A stretch of DNA of 64,000 nucleotides from assembly GCF_036321535.1 (NCBI RefSeq), contig NC_087436.1, forward strand, positions 58,096,001 through 58,160,000, written 5' to 3'. The stretch comes from Camelus dromedarius (Eukaryota). Positions 37,822 to 51,882 of this stretch are shown here, in pieces. Positions within the stretch are counted from its first letter, which is position 1; each line of letters begins with the position of its first letter. Below the pieces are notes generated by a model. That model worked only from the letters and a program-made list of their open reading frames with translations, was not told the origin of the DNA and did not search any database. The position numbers were made by a program, and so were the translations under genes.

Positions 37822-40039
37822 TTCCGCTTGTCTTATAAGCAAAGCAACCATTGCCCTTTTCTTTCTGAAATTACTTTTCAAATGTATAACAAACAACATT
37901 AGAAGATAGAAACACTTTCTCCCTTTGGAGCAAAGGGCAGGCATGCTTATTATTCAGAGATAAGGTCTCTCTTCAGGCTTAAGGGCAGGCATGTCTCCTG
38001 ACTATTGTAAGAAATTTATTGTCTTTATGGTCAAGGTTCCTGCCCTGAAATGCAACCCCAGTTGTGTACAGGTATCACCTGACTGTGTGTGTGCCACCCT
38101 GTGGGAATCAGAGCTTGGGAAGTAACACAAGAAAATGCTTATACTCTGGCTATGATTCCTTGAATGATAGCATGCTTTGTCTCTCTCCCAGGAGTCTCAT
38201 ATCTTCTGCCAGCATCCATGAAACTGGCAGAAGCTGTAAGTTAGCAAGTAGGATAAAACCTCAGACTCTTCACAATTCTTGACAGGCTCCCCAAACAACG
38301 AGGATAGACGTAGTACTCTTTGAATTTCTCTTTTGATATGAAGCTTCTCTTGAACTATAGAAAACGCTTGCCTTAATGTAAGGCATAGATAGGGTGGTTC
38401 CTGAACATGACTCTAATCGACTTGAGTTGTGCTGATTTATTTCCAAGTGAAATGAGTAGGATGCCTTTACATGCATTATCTTATTTTATTATTTCAAATA
38501 TCCTATTAGGTAGGTATTTGATTTTTTTAGGGGGGTGGGATACAATTACAATACCAAAGCATTAAAATTCATCATGTAAACAACTGTATTGTAGAAAAAG
38601 CCTTGCAATTTGATAAGTATCCATTTACTACTTTATTTAGCAGAGTATTTTCAGTGCTTATATTGGATATTCTTGGAAATGTGATTTGTTACATTACAAA
38701 TCTATAGGCCCTGTTTAGAAATCATTAGAAATCAAGGAATATGTGTAACCTCTTACAGCAACAAGTAACTGCCACGATGAACTACTACTAATCATTCTCT
38801 CTTGTCAGTAGAGTCATCCTTTATTCTAGGTCCTGATTCACATATGACACACAGATCAGCACTAAGAAACAGTAGCTTTCGTAGGTAAAAAACATGTTAC
38901 TTAACATCTAGGTAGTTGTGGAATATCTGTATTTCTAGCCAGAAATTAACCTTCTTCAAAATATTCACTAAAAGAGAAAAAAAATCAGTGCATTTTCTTT
39001 ATAGTTACTTTGTTTAGTGGGAACATCAATCACTTCTAATTTATTTGCACCAAAATACCCGAGGGGCACAGTGAATCTACATCATTGAAAATTGTTTTAG
39101 AAATGTCACTCAATAAAGTAAAGTCTTTTAATATCACCATAACAATCTGAAATATTAAATCTTGTTTTGTTATCTTCCTTGTTCATAATTAAACACACTC
39201 TCAGACAACAGTTATTGTTGCAGCTCTAATTTTGTAGCAAGAAAAATGTCTAGACTATTTACAGTGATGTTATAAAGACACACAAATGATGGGGGGTTTT
39301 GATAGCTTATATTATACATAAAACTGACTTTTGACGCTTTGAACCTGTGTTAGTGAAATTAATGAAGTAAAAACAATGTCATAATTCAAATGAAAATTTG
39401 AAGGTGTCCTTGGAGTGGTGTGAAAAGAAATCAGTCAAAACAGAAAGCAGAACTTTCCAAACTGAAGTAAAAAAAAAAACAAAACAACAAAAAAACTCAT
39501 TTCTAATATGTTACTAGCAAATATAAGTTTGAGTGTATTTCAAGTGGATGCATAGATAGGAATTTCAAGTTAGTTTACAGTGGTTTGTTAATCTGTACCT
39601 ACTTGCCAGCCACAAAACAAAACAAACAAAAACAAAGCTATATATTATTTGCAAAGAATTTATCCAAATAAATGTTATTTTTTAAAGTCATTTGATCTAG
39701 TTTGGATTACACATTTTATGTGGCGATATCATAAAGAAGGTAATATATTGTTACACACCTAGTTTTTACCTTCTATTTGTTTGTGGATAGAGGAAATTCT
39801 GTTCTCTTAAAGATGGAAGTTGCTTTGAAGATATAGTGAGGCCTCATTACTTCAGGGCTTTTCTTTTTCAATTTATTTTTCCATGTACTAAGCTAATACA
39901 TTGGTGCATGCCTCCAGAGATCTCTTATAAAGTTTTTCAACATGAATGACACCTCTAATTTCTAAAGCGAGTCTCTTTAACCTTGACACAGAAATCTCGG
40001 CAGTTTATTTTTTTTAAGTTCCCTGGTCAGAGTGTGAAT

Positions 40040-40160
40040 ATACAGAGAAACAGAGAAATGAAGACAGAAACAGTAATAGAGACAGAGACGGAGAGATAAG
40101 TGAGAGAGAGATAGGAGGAGAGCAACAGGCAAAGGAGATGCAGAGAAAGAGGGACAGGGA
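40040..40160. repeat. GA-rich low-complexity tract
   Basis: Degenerate (GA)/(GAGACA) run. Confidence 0.7.
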
Positions 40161-41789
40161 ATATGAATCCTGTGCCTAGATTAAACAATGAATCAAATTT
40201 TATTCAAAGTAACTTTTAAATTTTGAGGGCATTTCTTTATGTGGGGATGAATTCTACTGACAACACTTCAGCAATGGGTAGCAAACTTTAATCTAATTTG
40301 AATAGAGACAATTGTGTTTATCGTTTACTCTGCACCCTTGGTAATTAATTCTACATCCTTGGTAAACTAAAGTCATATGCTGAAAGTGTGGAAAGACTCC
40401 TGCCTAAAAGAAAGAGCTCTTTAAATTTGGGAGAAGGCTGTTCTACATGATCTATCTAAGGCACAGGAAAAAGGAAATCAATAAGGCAGCTCAGGAACAA
40501 CACAGAACATGGAATGCCAGCTTCAGTAAGAAGCTTTCACATTAATATGATGAAGCCACAACAGAAGATCTTATTTCAGAGCTGTAATAATACAGGCAAA
40601 AATGTGTTGTAATAAGCCATGCGAAGTATTTTAATCAGTGTTAAAAGAAAGACTAGGAAGGAGGGTAGATGAAGAATGTCTTAAATTCTTCAGAATCTCA
40701 GAGATGCATGTTTTAGAGAGATGGCACACTTTGTCATGCTGGATTTTTTCCCCCTCAGGGCTGCAATGCAACGAGTGTAGCTAGGGAAGTGTAACTTCAT
40801 GCAGTAGTGTGGCGTGGACATACCCATCTTCAAAATCTACTGCTCTAAGGCTTGTCCATGTGGCAGTGTTTTGGAAGATGAATTTTTTGAATATCTGAAA
40901 AAGTGAGGTACTTTCCCTTCAACACACACATCTTAGATTTTAGAAATTGTCACAATTTCTCCTACATCCACAGTAAAATCAGCATGTTGTCATTCTAGTG
41001 GATTTGATAAGTTCATTTTAGTGTAATAGTCTCCTTAGTGCTATAGCAGAAGGGCTCATTAACTGCTTAACTGGTAAATATCCAAGTGGCTACCCGTAAT
41101 TACAGATCATCCACTATTTTTATATTGCCAAAGTAGTAGGTATTATGTATTTAACTCTCCAACTATGTCTTGGGGTATTTTTCCTAATATATTTTACCAC
41201 TTTTATTGGCTTTTATAACAGAAAAAATTTACAGAAGAGAAATCAGTATTCTAAATTATTTATAAGGAAAAAAGCAGTGATCTTTTTCTTGAGTTCTTAA
41301 CAAAATGTGGTAGTAGCAGAAATTATTTGAATTTTCATCTTTATTTTAAAAAATCTGATGCTGACTGTTTTGCAACTTCAAAAAATAGCAACAAGAAAAG
41401 CTGTATTTAAAAAATTCTGGATGGGACATCCATTTAAAGGATTTCCTGAAAATAGATTTGTTATTGAAAACATATATTCAACTATCAGAATAAGCCTATT
41501 GGTTCTTCAGTAACAAAGAGAGACCAAAACTTATAAACATCATTGATAAGCTATCCTATAATATCATGATATATTAAATATATCTAATTCTCAATTTTTT
41601 CATTCTTTAAAAGGGGCAAAGACAATCATTATACATTGAGAGTGTTCCATTGGAGAATATAAAAGTAGATAAAAATATATAAATTTAACTTAACATACAT
41701 AAAGATTAATACACAGTAATTATATGATACTATCACATGTATATTAGGCTTAAATGATACACAGTGCAAAAATGGTGACATATTGTTTT

Positions 41790-42260
41790 TTTAAGAAAAC
41801 TTTTAAAGAAAGTATTATATACATACCAAAAAGGACAAAATTCATATTGTAAACTTATATATTTACAAAAAATAATTACCTACATAAGCAAAACCTAGAT
41901 CAAAAAAACATTACTACCATTCCAGATCCAATCCTTTGTATCCCCTTCCACTCATTATATTCTTCCCAGAGTAACCACTATTCTGATGTCTAATACCACA
42001 GATTAATTTGCCATTTAAGTTATTTCTCAAATGGAATCATAAACTACGCATCGTTTGGCATCAGACTTCTTTCGCTTATCATATGTTTGTGAGATTCATC
42101 CATATTTTTGTAGTCATGATTCATTTTCATTGATTTGTGGTATTCTACTCTACTAATATGATACAAGTAATATATTTATTCTCCTGTTGATGCACTCTTA
42201 TGTTATTAGATTTTGGCTTTTGCATAGCAGGTTTCTGAGAATATCCTTGTAATGTTTCTA
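41790..42260 (-). mobile_element. Ancient L1ME-like 3'UTR fragment
   Basis: 'gtaaccactattctga...aatggaatcata...tttgtgagattcatccata'. Confidence 0.8.
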
Positions 42261-45200
42261 TGAAAAGTATATTTGATTTTTAAATAGCCAGCCAGGGTAA
42301 AGCAGTCAATTTTGCATTAAAGGAGCCAAAAAATTGTCATATTCTCTAGAAACGCAGAGACAAATATAATTTTTAAGCTTCAAAATCATCAATTGAGAAT
42401 AAAATGATAAATCATATTTCCAAAGATTAGAGAAGTGCTATTTGAAGAATACAGAAATATGTTTACTTCCCAAGTGTTAAGATAAAGACATGGTATAAGT
42501 CATTATTAAGATAAAGACAATACACTTTTACAAATTCTGCACACAGCAAGGGAAGTCATTACCATGTTTGTGCCCAATAATCTATTTAGTAAAAATGTCC
42601 ACATATAATCTATTCTAACTCATGACTCTTTAATATAGGGGAAAAATAATGTTGACATTTTTAACTTTGTAAGGACATATTAAATATTATCAAATATCCA
42701 GAATTACATTATTTAATACACAGTGGAAAGAAAATCCAACACATATTCAGATTCTAACAGAATCCAGAGATATATTTGTGAATATTTACTCATTGTATTT
42801 GAAAAATTAAGTTAATCTGTATGTATAATATTAACTATAATATATTTTGGATCAAACCTTTTCTACTTCTAAAATACTGTTCAAGTTTAGTATGACATGG
42901 ATGATGAGTGGACTTGCTAGTGACAATTTTTAAAAAATAATCCTTCATTCATAAGCAGAAAACACCATCAATTTCTAATGAAAGTGTGGCTAAATGGTGG
43001 TGTTTATTTTTCTGAAGGGGGAGAAATTTCCTTTTACAGAATTTGAGTTAATTCATTTTATTCTCTAGTCTTTGGGATATGGAGTAACATTTTAATGAAA
43101 CAATTATTGTTTTTGCCTTCTTTTTTAATTCAGAGAATTAGCTCACTCAATCAGATTATTCATCACTGGCTAAATACATACTGTGAATCCAAAACTTTGT
43201 TAAAAGCCACAATGAAACACAATTCTTGTATCCAAGTGTTGCATTTTTCTAAGGACGCACATGAAATAATAGCAAGCTACATAACTTAAGCCCAGAGAAA
43301 AAGAACATTGATGAGGATGGGTGGATTCCAGTATGAGTTCATGAAGTCCCTTGAAAGATGAAAGTGAAATAAAAGAGAAGGGAGTTTAGACAAAAATTGC
43401 ATTTACTATTGTCTTCTAGATGTGTGTACCATTTGGGTGAATATATTGAGTTGGAAAATGTGAGCTGTTACAAGGCCAAAAAAGGTGGTAATAATAATGA
43501 TGATGATAATAATAATAATAAAAGAGGAGCCCAGGGTAGCACTAAAACACAAGCCTCCTAATTGCCATATTTTATTATTTCCCGCTTTTTAACAGGCAGG
43601 TCTAATTTCCAAGCTATTTTTCATATGATTCTTTTCATAGAACCAAAATGATGGGACAAGTAGTCTAAGATTTGCTTCAAACTCAATTTTAATAAAACGT
43701 AACAAAATATTTTCATATATATTCAAGTGAAGTATGATTTTTTTTCCTGTGTCACAATTGAAGAAATTAATAGAAATTTTAACATTAGGATGCAATTTTC
43801 ATATACTTTATTAATATTGATAATTATCACTCTCAGTATATAGTCTTAAGCCACAAAGTCATCCTCTTCAATGAATCAACGTTAGAATCAACATTTTATT
43901 CATAGATGAAGAAATAAAACAAATCTGCTATACTTCCACAGGAGTTTCTATTCTAGGCTTCAAAAATAGCTACAGGTATTGTGGGTAGGTAAAACTAGTT
44001 TAAGATTCTCCCTAAACTGCTAATTTTTCTGTGAAATGTGAGTATGTACAGTTTTTTGGAGGAAGGATTCATTGCTTTTCAAAGTTTAAGAAACTGTATT
44101 TCTATATTTGTAATTCTAAAGGAGTTTGCACTCCCTGCCCCTATGATACAATGTTTTTATAATTAAAGAAATAATATTGTCAAATTTAAACACCACTCAA
44201 TGAAACTATCAATTTTTAAAAATCAGAAATTATATTAAAGCTTTTCATGTTCAAGGATTATTTGGTTTCCTCTATTGTCATAAATGTTTTTTGTTTCTTT
44301 ATAACTGCTAACAACTATAATAATATTTCATTTTTATTTTTCTAGAATAAGGTCCATTTAAAATGATATACATTCTTTCTGTACTTATCAATCTACTACC
44401 TATGTAACTAAAATGCATAAAAATTGCCAATATACCATATGGGAAATGCATTTTACAAATGGCGTGTTGCAACTGAGGTTCTGAAACGCTACCTGTTTCA
44501 AATTTAATATCTTAGTGTCTCTCTTGCTTACAAGGTCTATTTTTCACTTGTAGACTTGAGGGCATATTCATTTAGCTTCTTGACCTTTTTGCTGCTGAAC
44601 AGATGAACACCATGTGTACTACACTCTTCTCTTTTATGAACTTAAAGCTATGTATCCTTTTAGAAATGTAAAATGATTTCGGATTTCACTGTGAAAAAAG
44701 TTAAGGAGCCTAAAATAGAATATCCTCAATACACTAAATGAAACTTCTTCAGGAAACTGTTTTACTTTTAGCAGTGATATGGTAAAGTGCATAAAAACAT
44801 GAAAAAAATACTGTCCCCCAAGATTTATGATACAAGTTTATTATAACCATTTTACTAACATAAAACATGGACAAGTAACATGTTGATAAAACTAGGTATC
44901 TTTATATTTTAATTAGTATGCATTCATAAATAGGAATAATAGGAAGCCCGTGTAAACCTAACAGTTATTTTTAATATGTTATAATCCCTAAGAAGTAATG
45001 CCACAGGTGGTTTATTGCTTCTGTGCATTTTTATACTAAATGCACATAAACTAGAAAGAACAGTTTTTGTAAAAAAGATATTTATTTGCCAATATTTATA
45101 AAATCAGGCCTCTATTTATTGACTAAGGTTATCTGATTTAGAGATAACAGTTTCATATTAAGGTAGTCAGTTTGAAAAAGGAAGTTTAGATGGAACATAT

Positions 45201-46099
45201 TATTTGCACAATATATTTCCCCATGACATATCAGCAGTTATTTTGCAATCCAAGAATACATGTATAAATTTGTTGTACTGGAAAAGAGATATACATTTAA
45301 TGTTGCGACAGCATTTGCTTTATAGTGGTTATCTAAGAATACAAAATACACAAGGTAAGAATACTACTCTAGCATCCATAGCAATACTACCTAACTACTT
45401 GCAGAAATAAATAACCATATATGTTAAAACGTTAAATATTTTTGATACCTACAGCTAAGCTGTCCTCCAGAAAAGTGGTACCAGTTTACAAACGTCTTTT
45501 TAACTTCTTAATAATGAGGAAAAGGAGGACAATTTAATGAACATACCTTTAAAAAATATACCATTTTTATTACAAGTGGATACTGCATCTAGTTAGCACT
45601 ATTTAGCATATTGTACACGTTCAAAAGTTATTTGTTAAGTGAATGATTAAGTACAATAATGAAATAAAAATAAACTTACATTTAAAGGAAAATACAAGAG
45701 AAAGAACTGCCTGTCATCATTTGGCCTATTATAGATTAATTTTCCAGAGGCAGTGTTTATACTCTGTTGGTACTGTATTGACTATATTAGAAACTGGTAT
45801 AAAATGAACAGGTAGTCACAAAACACACATTCTAAGCATCTGACAGAGCAGACTGTCCCTCATTTTTGAAATTTCTCCTATAATATCACCCCTTTGTACC
45901 CTGACTAAACCTTAGCACAGTCCGTTACCTCTCACTCATATCCTTCAAAGAAATCTTGGTTGCCTATTGATTCTACACAAAACTTTCAGAATTATTTTTA
46001 AGGATTTAAATAAAATCATGTAATTCAACTTGATTTTCACTGATGGCTCTTTTTGGGCAAATCTGATAGTTCTCGATCTCTATTGGAATCATAATCATG

Positions 46100-46240
46100 T
46101 GAAGAAAATTACAAATATATGATTACAAATTACTGGCCCCTCACACTTGCTTAGCAGATTATGGGGGAATGGAGCTGAAGGTGGTGCAGGCTTCCATAAT
46201 TTAAAAATCTTCCCAGGTGATTTTGATGAATTCCTGGGCA
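46100..46240. mobile_element. MER5-like MITE fragment
   Basis: 'atttaaaaatcttcccaggtgattttgatg'. Confidence 0.5.
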
Positions 46241-46249
46241 TACATTCTT

Positions 46250-46725
46250 CCTAAATCAGAGGACACAGAATAAATCCTATCTGCTGAAATTTAGCCATCA
46301 ATGCCCTGTCTGATAAAACCAAAATGATTATTTCTGACTTATCCATCCCATGTTATAATGGCCCTAAATTTCTCACTGCACCCTGAGCATGGCCCATTCT
46401 TTCACATCTTTAAACCCAGATATCCCTTCCTCCTTTCCTCTTCCTTGTAAACTCCTATTCCTTCTAATTAACACATATTCTCTGAGTACTTCTTTAATTC
46501 TTCTCAGGCAGAATGAGTGTCTAAGTCTTTTATATGTTCAAAGCCTTTGCTCTTTCTTTTATTTTAATAATTATCAGTTTGTATAATTATACTTTATTAT
46601 CTCACATACTTGGCTCTTTGATGAGGCTATGCATGAGTTCCTTACAAACAGAGAGCATGATCTATTGATCTTTTAAATGTAGGAAATAATGCTTTAAAAT
46701 ATAGGTGCTCGAATAATGGATGTTA
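46250..46725 (+). mobile_element. L2 fragment, degenerate
   Basis: Pyrimidine-rich, ending 'tgagttccttacaaacagagagcatg...ataggtgctcgaataatgg'. Confidence 0.5.
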
Positions 46726-46862
46726 AAAGATGAAGGTATTTGTGATTAGTATTAAAGCTGTCACTATATTAAGTTTCAATGTGTTCTGGATTCCTGTATA
46801 GGACATATTTTTACTTTAAAAATATTAAAATATTAAGGTAATAAAAACAATAGAAATGTTAC

Positions 46863-46975
46863 ATTACCATGACCAACCATCCTGGTTTCCCTGGGACTGG
46901 AAGAGTTTCCCAGAGTGCAAGAATTTCAGTCCTAAAACTGACAGTGTTGGGCAAACTGGGACAATTGGTTACATT
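46863..46975. mobile_element. MER81-like hAT-Blackjack MITE
   Basis: 'tgaccaaccatcctggtttccctgggactg...gggcaaactgggacaattggttac' with terminal inverted repeats, ~113 bp. Confidence 0.8.
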
Positions 46976-49834
46976 TTTTAAAATTAAAGTTTTAATATTT
47001 TAAATTAAAATTTAAAAAGTAGATTTAAAATTAAAGCCATAATAATCAGGGGTTCTAGTACCTGTAAGAAATATTTTAGAAGATATACATTAGAGTTGCC
47101 TTTTCTCCAATTATTTAAAAAAGTGATTTCACATTTGATAGGTGTTTATAATGGAATAGTTATAACTTTTACATATGTGAAAACATGGTCTATATATATT
47201 ATATTGGGGTAAGCTCCTTCTATACTAAACACTGATATAAAATTGGGTTTGTTATTTTTCTAAAGAAAACCAAAAGTAACTATTTTTCATTACATGATTA
47301 TTCTTTGGTTTTATGATAATTTTATTTAATTTACCTAGTAAAGTTTTCCCTAAAGCCTTATATAAATTACTAGATTATGATAATACTTATTTAAATTAAA
47401 AAAATAAACAACTATTTTAAGGATAATTTAGGCCAGATCAATCTTATCAAGCTCTATTTTGAAAAATAATACGTAATTAAGTCTCCCAAATATACTAAAA
47501 CGAGAATAATCATCAATTTTCAAGAAAAGTAAATAATCAATTCTTATGAATTTATATTTTAATTACCTAAAATACATGTTTATTACACATATCAATTTAA
47601 TGACAGTTTCTATTCATGGTGTCACTAATTATATTGAAAAACCTCTAGGAAGACACAAGGATGGCTCCAAAGCTGCATGACAAATTAAAAATGAATTGCA
47701 CGTAGCCACCGCAGGATTAAGACAATCCCAGAACTCTGTCAACACACTAAAAGAAATGTGTCTCTATTTACAAACTTGAAAGTATTTGGCTGATATTTGT
47801 TGATCTTTAAATTGCTAACAGAAAGTAGAAATTGTATACATTGCATTTCATTATTCTCTTGAAGAATTAATCTATATCAAACTACTTTGAAAAAGATATT
47901 ACACAATTTATTTTAATGCTAGCAAAATGTGCTAATTATGTTACTTCTCTTATTACTGTTTTTGTTTGCAATAGTCACATTTTAATGCTAATATTTTCTA
48001 ATAAAACTCTATCTTGCCCTTGAATGTCTTTTGCATTACTAAAAGATGTATTTAGCTATTGACCATTGCTTACATTTGATTGCTTTAGAGTAGTTCATTC
48101 AATAACATGAGCTTTAATTTTTTTTTACTTTAATTTGAACTTCTATTTTAATTTTTCCTTTAAGTTTTACCTTTGCATTTTAGCAATTAGCACAAGTTTC
48201 TCATAGCATGTACTCAGTGGATATTTGCAATATGAATACATCAATTGTTATTAAAACACTCGCTAATATAATTCACTCAATGTAATTAAACTGAATAATT
48301 TTATATGCAAAAAGCCACTAGTACTTATCTGTAATGAATAAATGATAATAAAAAAAAACTTAACAAAATTTTAAATTGGGACTATATCTAAGAAACTTTA
48401 GCTCCTGGATCATCCTCATCCTGTATAATGGCCCATGAATCCCATGATACTTCCTGCTGTTACATATGAGTTACCCTATCTGGTGACCACCTATTGGATG
48501 CCAGGACTCAGAACCAATTCCACAAAATCAGATGGAATGGGCTAAGAAACACCTTCTCTGAGGACTTGCATTAACTCAATATGATCAATGCAAAGTTACC
48601 TTCATATACCCAGTGTTATGTATACTATTTCTCAAAATTAAATTCATTATGTGATACTTTGTTTTCTGAGTCCATCATGTAGGACAAAAGTCTGTTGCTT
48701 CAGGAGTTAAACTAAAGCATATTGAGTTACATTAAATTGACTAACCAATGGTCAATTGCTAAATATATTTAGTTTATTAGAATATAACGCATTTAAGCTT
48801 ACTAGAAGCTAACTTATAAATAAAATTAAACAATGCTTAGAATGTTCCTTTGATGATTATCACAATAACAAAGAAAAATATAATAGTAGTTTTGTCCCTC
48901 TACTCTTTGCTTTGCTTTCTCATTTCCCTTACTCTTAACTGGCTTTTAACATAAAATTCTAGATCAAATAATAAAAATTTTCTCAATCTGAGACTTAAGG
49001 TCTATTCAGCAAGCCATTTTTAACAAAACTAAACCAAAACACTAAATCAAAAACAACAAATAAAATCATCATCATTATTAACAGATTTAAATATAATGTG
49101 TATCTTGCTACATGCTGCATTTTGAGAGATTTATTTCAGACATTTGAAAATACAAAAAAAAGATCAACAACTAATGCAAAAAGCAATTACAAATCAAGGC
49201 AAAAATATTATGGAGGCATAGGACACTAATCTAAGTGGAAAAATAGATGTACATTTTATTATTTATCTACTGTTTTATTCATTAATTCTTAAAATTTATT
49301 GTTAAATAAAACAATTGCTAAACTATGATAGCAACTGTCTTTTAAGTAGATAAGTCAAAATGAGAAATACTGGGAAAAAGGCTTTTCTTTTCTTTAAGCC
49401 AGATTTTGACTAAAAGGTTTTTGTTGTTCAATTATTCCCATTGGTCCACTAAAGGTAGCGTTAGACAAAAAAGGCTTAAGCTGTAACATGAGGTATTTAG
49501 GTTGCATTATACAAGATTTGTATCAATGAAGATGGCTAAAAAAAACAGAATAGAATATTGATCTAATAGAATATAAATGCCTTCTTTGTATGTCTTTTTA
49601 ATTGAACTATTTTACTTTATTTAACAAATGTAAGAGGGTTAGGATTCCAACAAAAGAAAATATAATCCACCCTTTCTCCTATGCTTCTTGCTTGAATTAA
49701 GGTAAATATAGAGAATATATATGGAAAAATGGGGCAGTTGAGAATAATGAAGTTTGACTCAATGAAGGAAGTGGTATAAAGCTAAGTTAAATTAATAAAA
49801 CATCTCTCTGTTCTTTCAAAGCAAACAAAAGTAT

Positions 49835-50005
49835 GCTATGAAAGAATACTTCAACTTTATGTACCTATGGGAGAAATACCTAGGAATCATAACATACAGA
49901 TTCTGATTGAGTAGATCTGCTGTGTGGGGCTGGACAATGTGCACTTCTAACAAGCTCCAAGGGGAAGGTATGCTGCTAGTTCAAGACCAACACTTTTTAA
50001 CTAGT
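49835..50005 (+). mobile_element. MER5-like MITE
   Basis: 'cagattctgattgagtagatctg...tgcacttctaacaagctcc...tgctgctagttcaagaccaacacttt'. Confidence 0.65.
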
Positions 50006-50924
50006 AAAGCTATAAAATTAAGGTTAATCTAAGTCATAAAGAAGACAAATGAAAATGCCAGAGAATTCTGTCTGGGGAGGGGGGAGATTTAAAGTCCCAG
50101 AAATTTATTTTTTGAGGTTGGAAGCAGCAAGTTTCTATGTAATTTAGAAACAAAAAAACACACAGACCAAGAGAGCTTTATTAAGCCACCCAGAGTTAAG
50201 GAAGATTTAAGTGTGATTCTGAGAGGCATGAAAGGCTGTTTCAAGGAAGGTGGCTAAAACTCAGCTTTTCCCCTGGCCCTGAGCTCAACTCAGAAATGGT
50301 AGAATTCTTGGGAAGGCTTAAAAATCAGTTTAAGGATGAATCAAATAGTAAAAGGTCTGCCAAGAGCACAAACATCAAAGCATAGCAAGAACACTAGGAA
50401 TGGATTTGTTCTTAATTAATCCTGGTTCAAGGGAAGCTCCAGCTCTATGTATTGCCAAACCCTAAGTATAATCAAATTGCCATTAATACATTTTTCTTTG
50501 TTCAGAATAGGGCTTATGCTTAGTTTTCTGTAATATTTGCTTTGATTAAAAGTAGCTAACACATGCTGAACACATACTATTCACCAGTCATTTTAAGACT
50601 AGTAGATGAATTATCTTTTTAAAACTGTTATCCACCTTTCCTAACCATTAAAATTGAGAAAACTAAGAATTAGGATTTATGATTTTGCTAAAGTAACACA
50701 AATACTAAAATTTAGTTATAGAGCTAGGTAGATAGTCAAAGTAATATGTTCATTAATAATTTATCATTTAAAAAGACTGGCTCACAGTTTATCAGAAATC
50801 TCTATTGCAAACACTGGGGAAAAATTCTGATTGCCTAAGCTGTGAAACCATGCAGCAGCTACATAAATTACAAACTTGAGGTATTAAACGATCAAATCAA
50901 ATTTAAAAGAATAGTTCTACATCT

Positions 50925-51140
50925 GTATTGTGCAACAGTGTAGCCACTAACTTCATCTGTCTATATAAACTTATACTAATACATTAAGTTAAAAATAAAT
51001 ACAAGAAAAATTCATTTCTTGAATTATAGGAGCCACATTTCAAGTGTTCAGTAACTATATATGGCTTGTGACTACCATGTTGGACAGCACACTATTCTAT
51101 TTGAACATTTCCAACATCACAGAAAATTCTGCTGAAAAAT
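50925..51140 (-). mobile_element. MER3-like hAT-Charlie MITE
   Basis: 'agccacatttcaagtgttcagtaac...actaccatgttggacagcac...gaacatttccaacatcacagaaaattct'. Confidence 0.75.
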
Positions 51141-51720
51141 TCAATCCTATTCTAATGTTGACAGATCTCCTAGCATTCTAATTTTTAAACCATTTAACAT
51201 ATTACCGAATTTTATTTTCACAACCATCACATGGAAAATACATAAGTTAATATTACCATATTTTATAAAGAAGGGCCATGCTGGGTTTTTTAAAGCTGAG
51301 CTGAGATTAAAGATCTTGGCAGTTAAAATGTGCACAACTTGGGGAATCAGTTTATTCAGTGGGATCTGAAATTCAGTGCCTATCTTTGGGTAGGGATGGA
51401 TTATGTTTTGAATTTGAGTGACATTAGCTTTCAGTAATCCACTTCGTCATCTAATATAAGATATACTGAATCATGGAAAATTTGTGTCTTTAGATAAAAT
51501 AAATATACTTCCTTAGGTAAGTTAGAAAACTAGAAAAAGTTCTAATCTACATCACAATATTTTCAAATAAGTATCACCAGCACTTAACTCATTATTCAAA
51601 AATGATCACAACAGAGGGCCCACATTTGCTGAAGCAAAGTACCACCTTGAATTGTTCAGTCAACAGTTTAAAAGCCATTTTTTTTTCACACAGTAAAATT
51701 AAATTAACATGATCTACAAT

Positions 51721-51882
51721 AGTATTTCCTTCCACCTGGATACATGCTAAAGTCATAAAGCTATTGTACCACTCCTCTCAGTGGATATGTTTACAAGTTG
51801 AAGTATTTCCTTCCACCTGGATACATGCTAAAGTCATAAAGCTATTGTACCACTCCTCTCAGTGGATATGTTTACAAGTTGA
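51721..51882. repeat. Perfect 81-bp tandem duplication
   Basis: 51721-51801 is identical to 51802-51882. Confidence 0.97.

Larger units (their letters stand above)
37542..38284 (+). mobile_element. ERVL-type solo LTR (LTR47-like) interrupted by a composite SINE insertion
   Basis: TG...CA ends; 3' end 'ccaggagtctcatatcttctgccagcatccatgaaac...gcaagtaggataaaacctcagactcttcacaattcttgaca'; internal repeat 'aagggcaggcatg' x2. Confidence 0.7.

Noticed and set aside
45326..45354. 29-nt plus-strand micro-exon candidate (tttatag|...AAG|gtaaga)
   Set aside because: Isolated, not frame-preserving, no corroboration.
46810..47030. AT-rich inverted repeats flanking MER81
   Set aside because: Low-complexity A/T sequence gives such matches by chance.
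51721..51882. CRISPR-like or coding repeat (81 is divisible by 3)
   Set aside because: Only two adjacent copies, no spacers, eukaryotic context and no splice signals.
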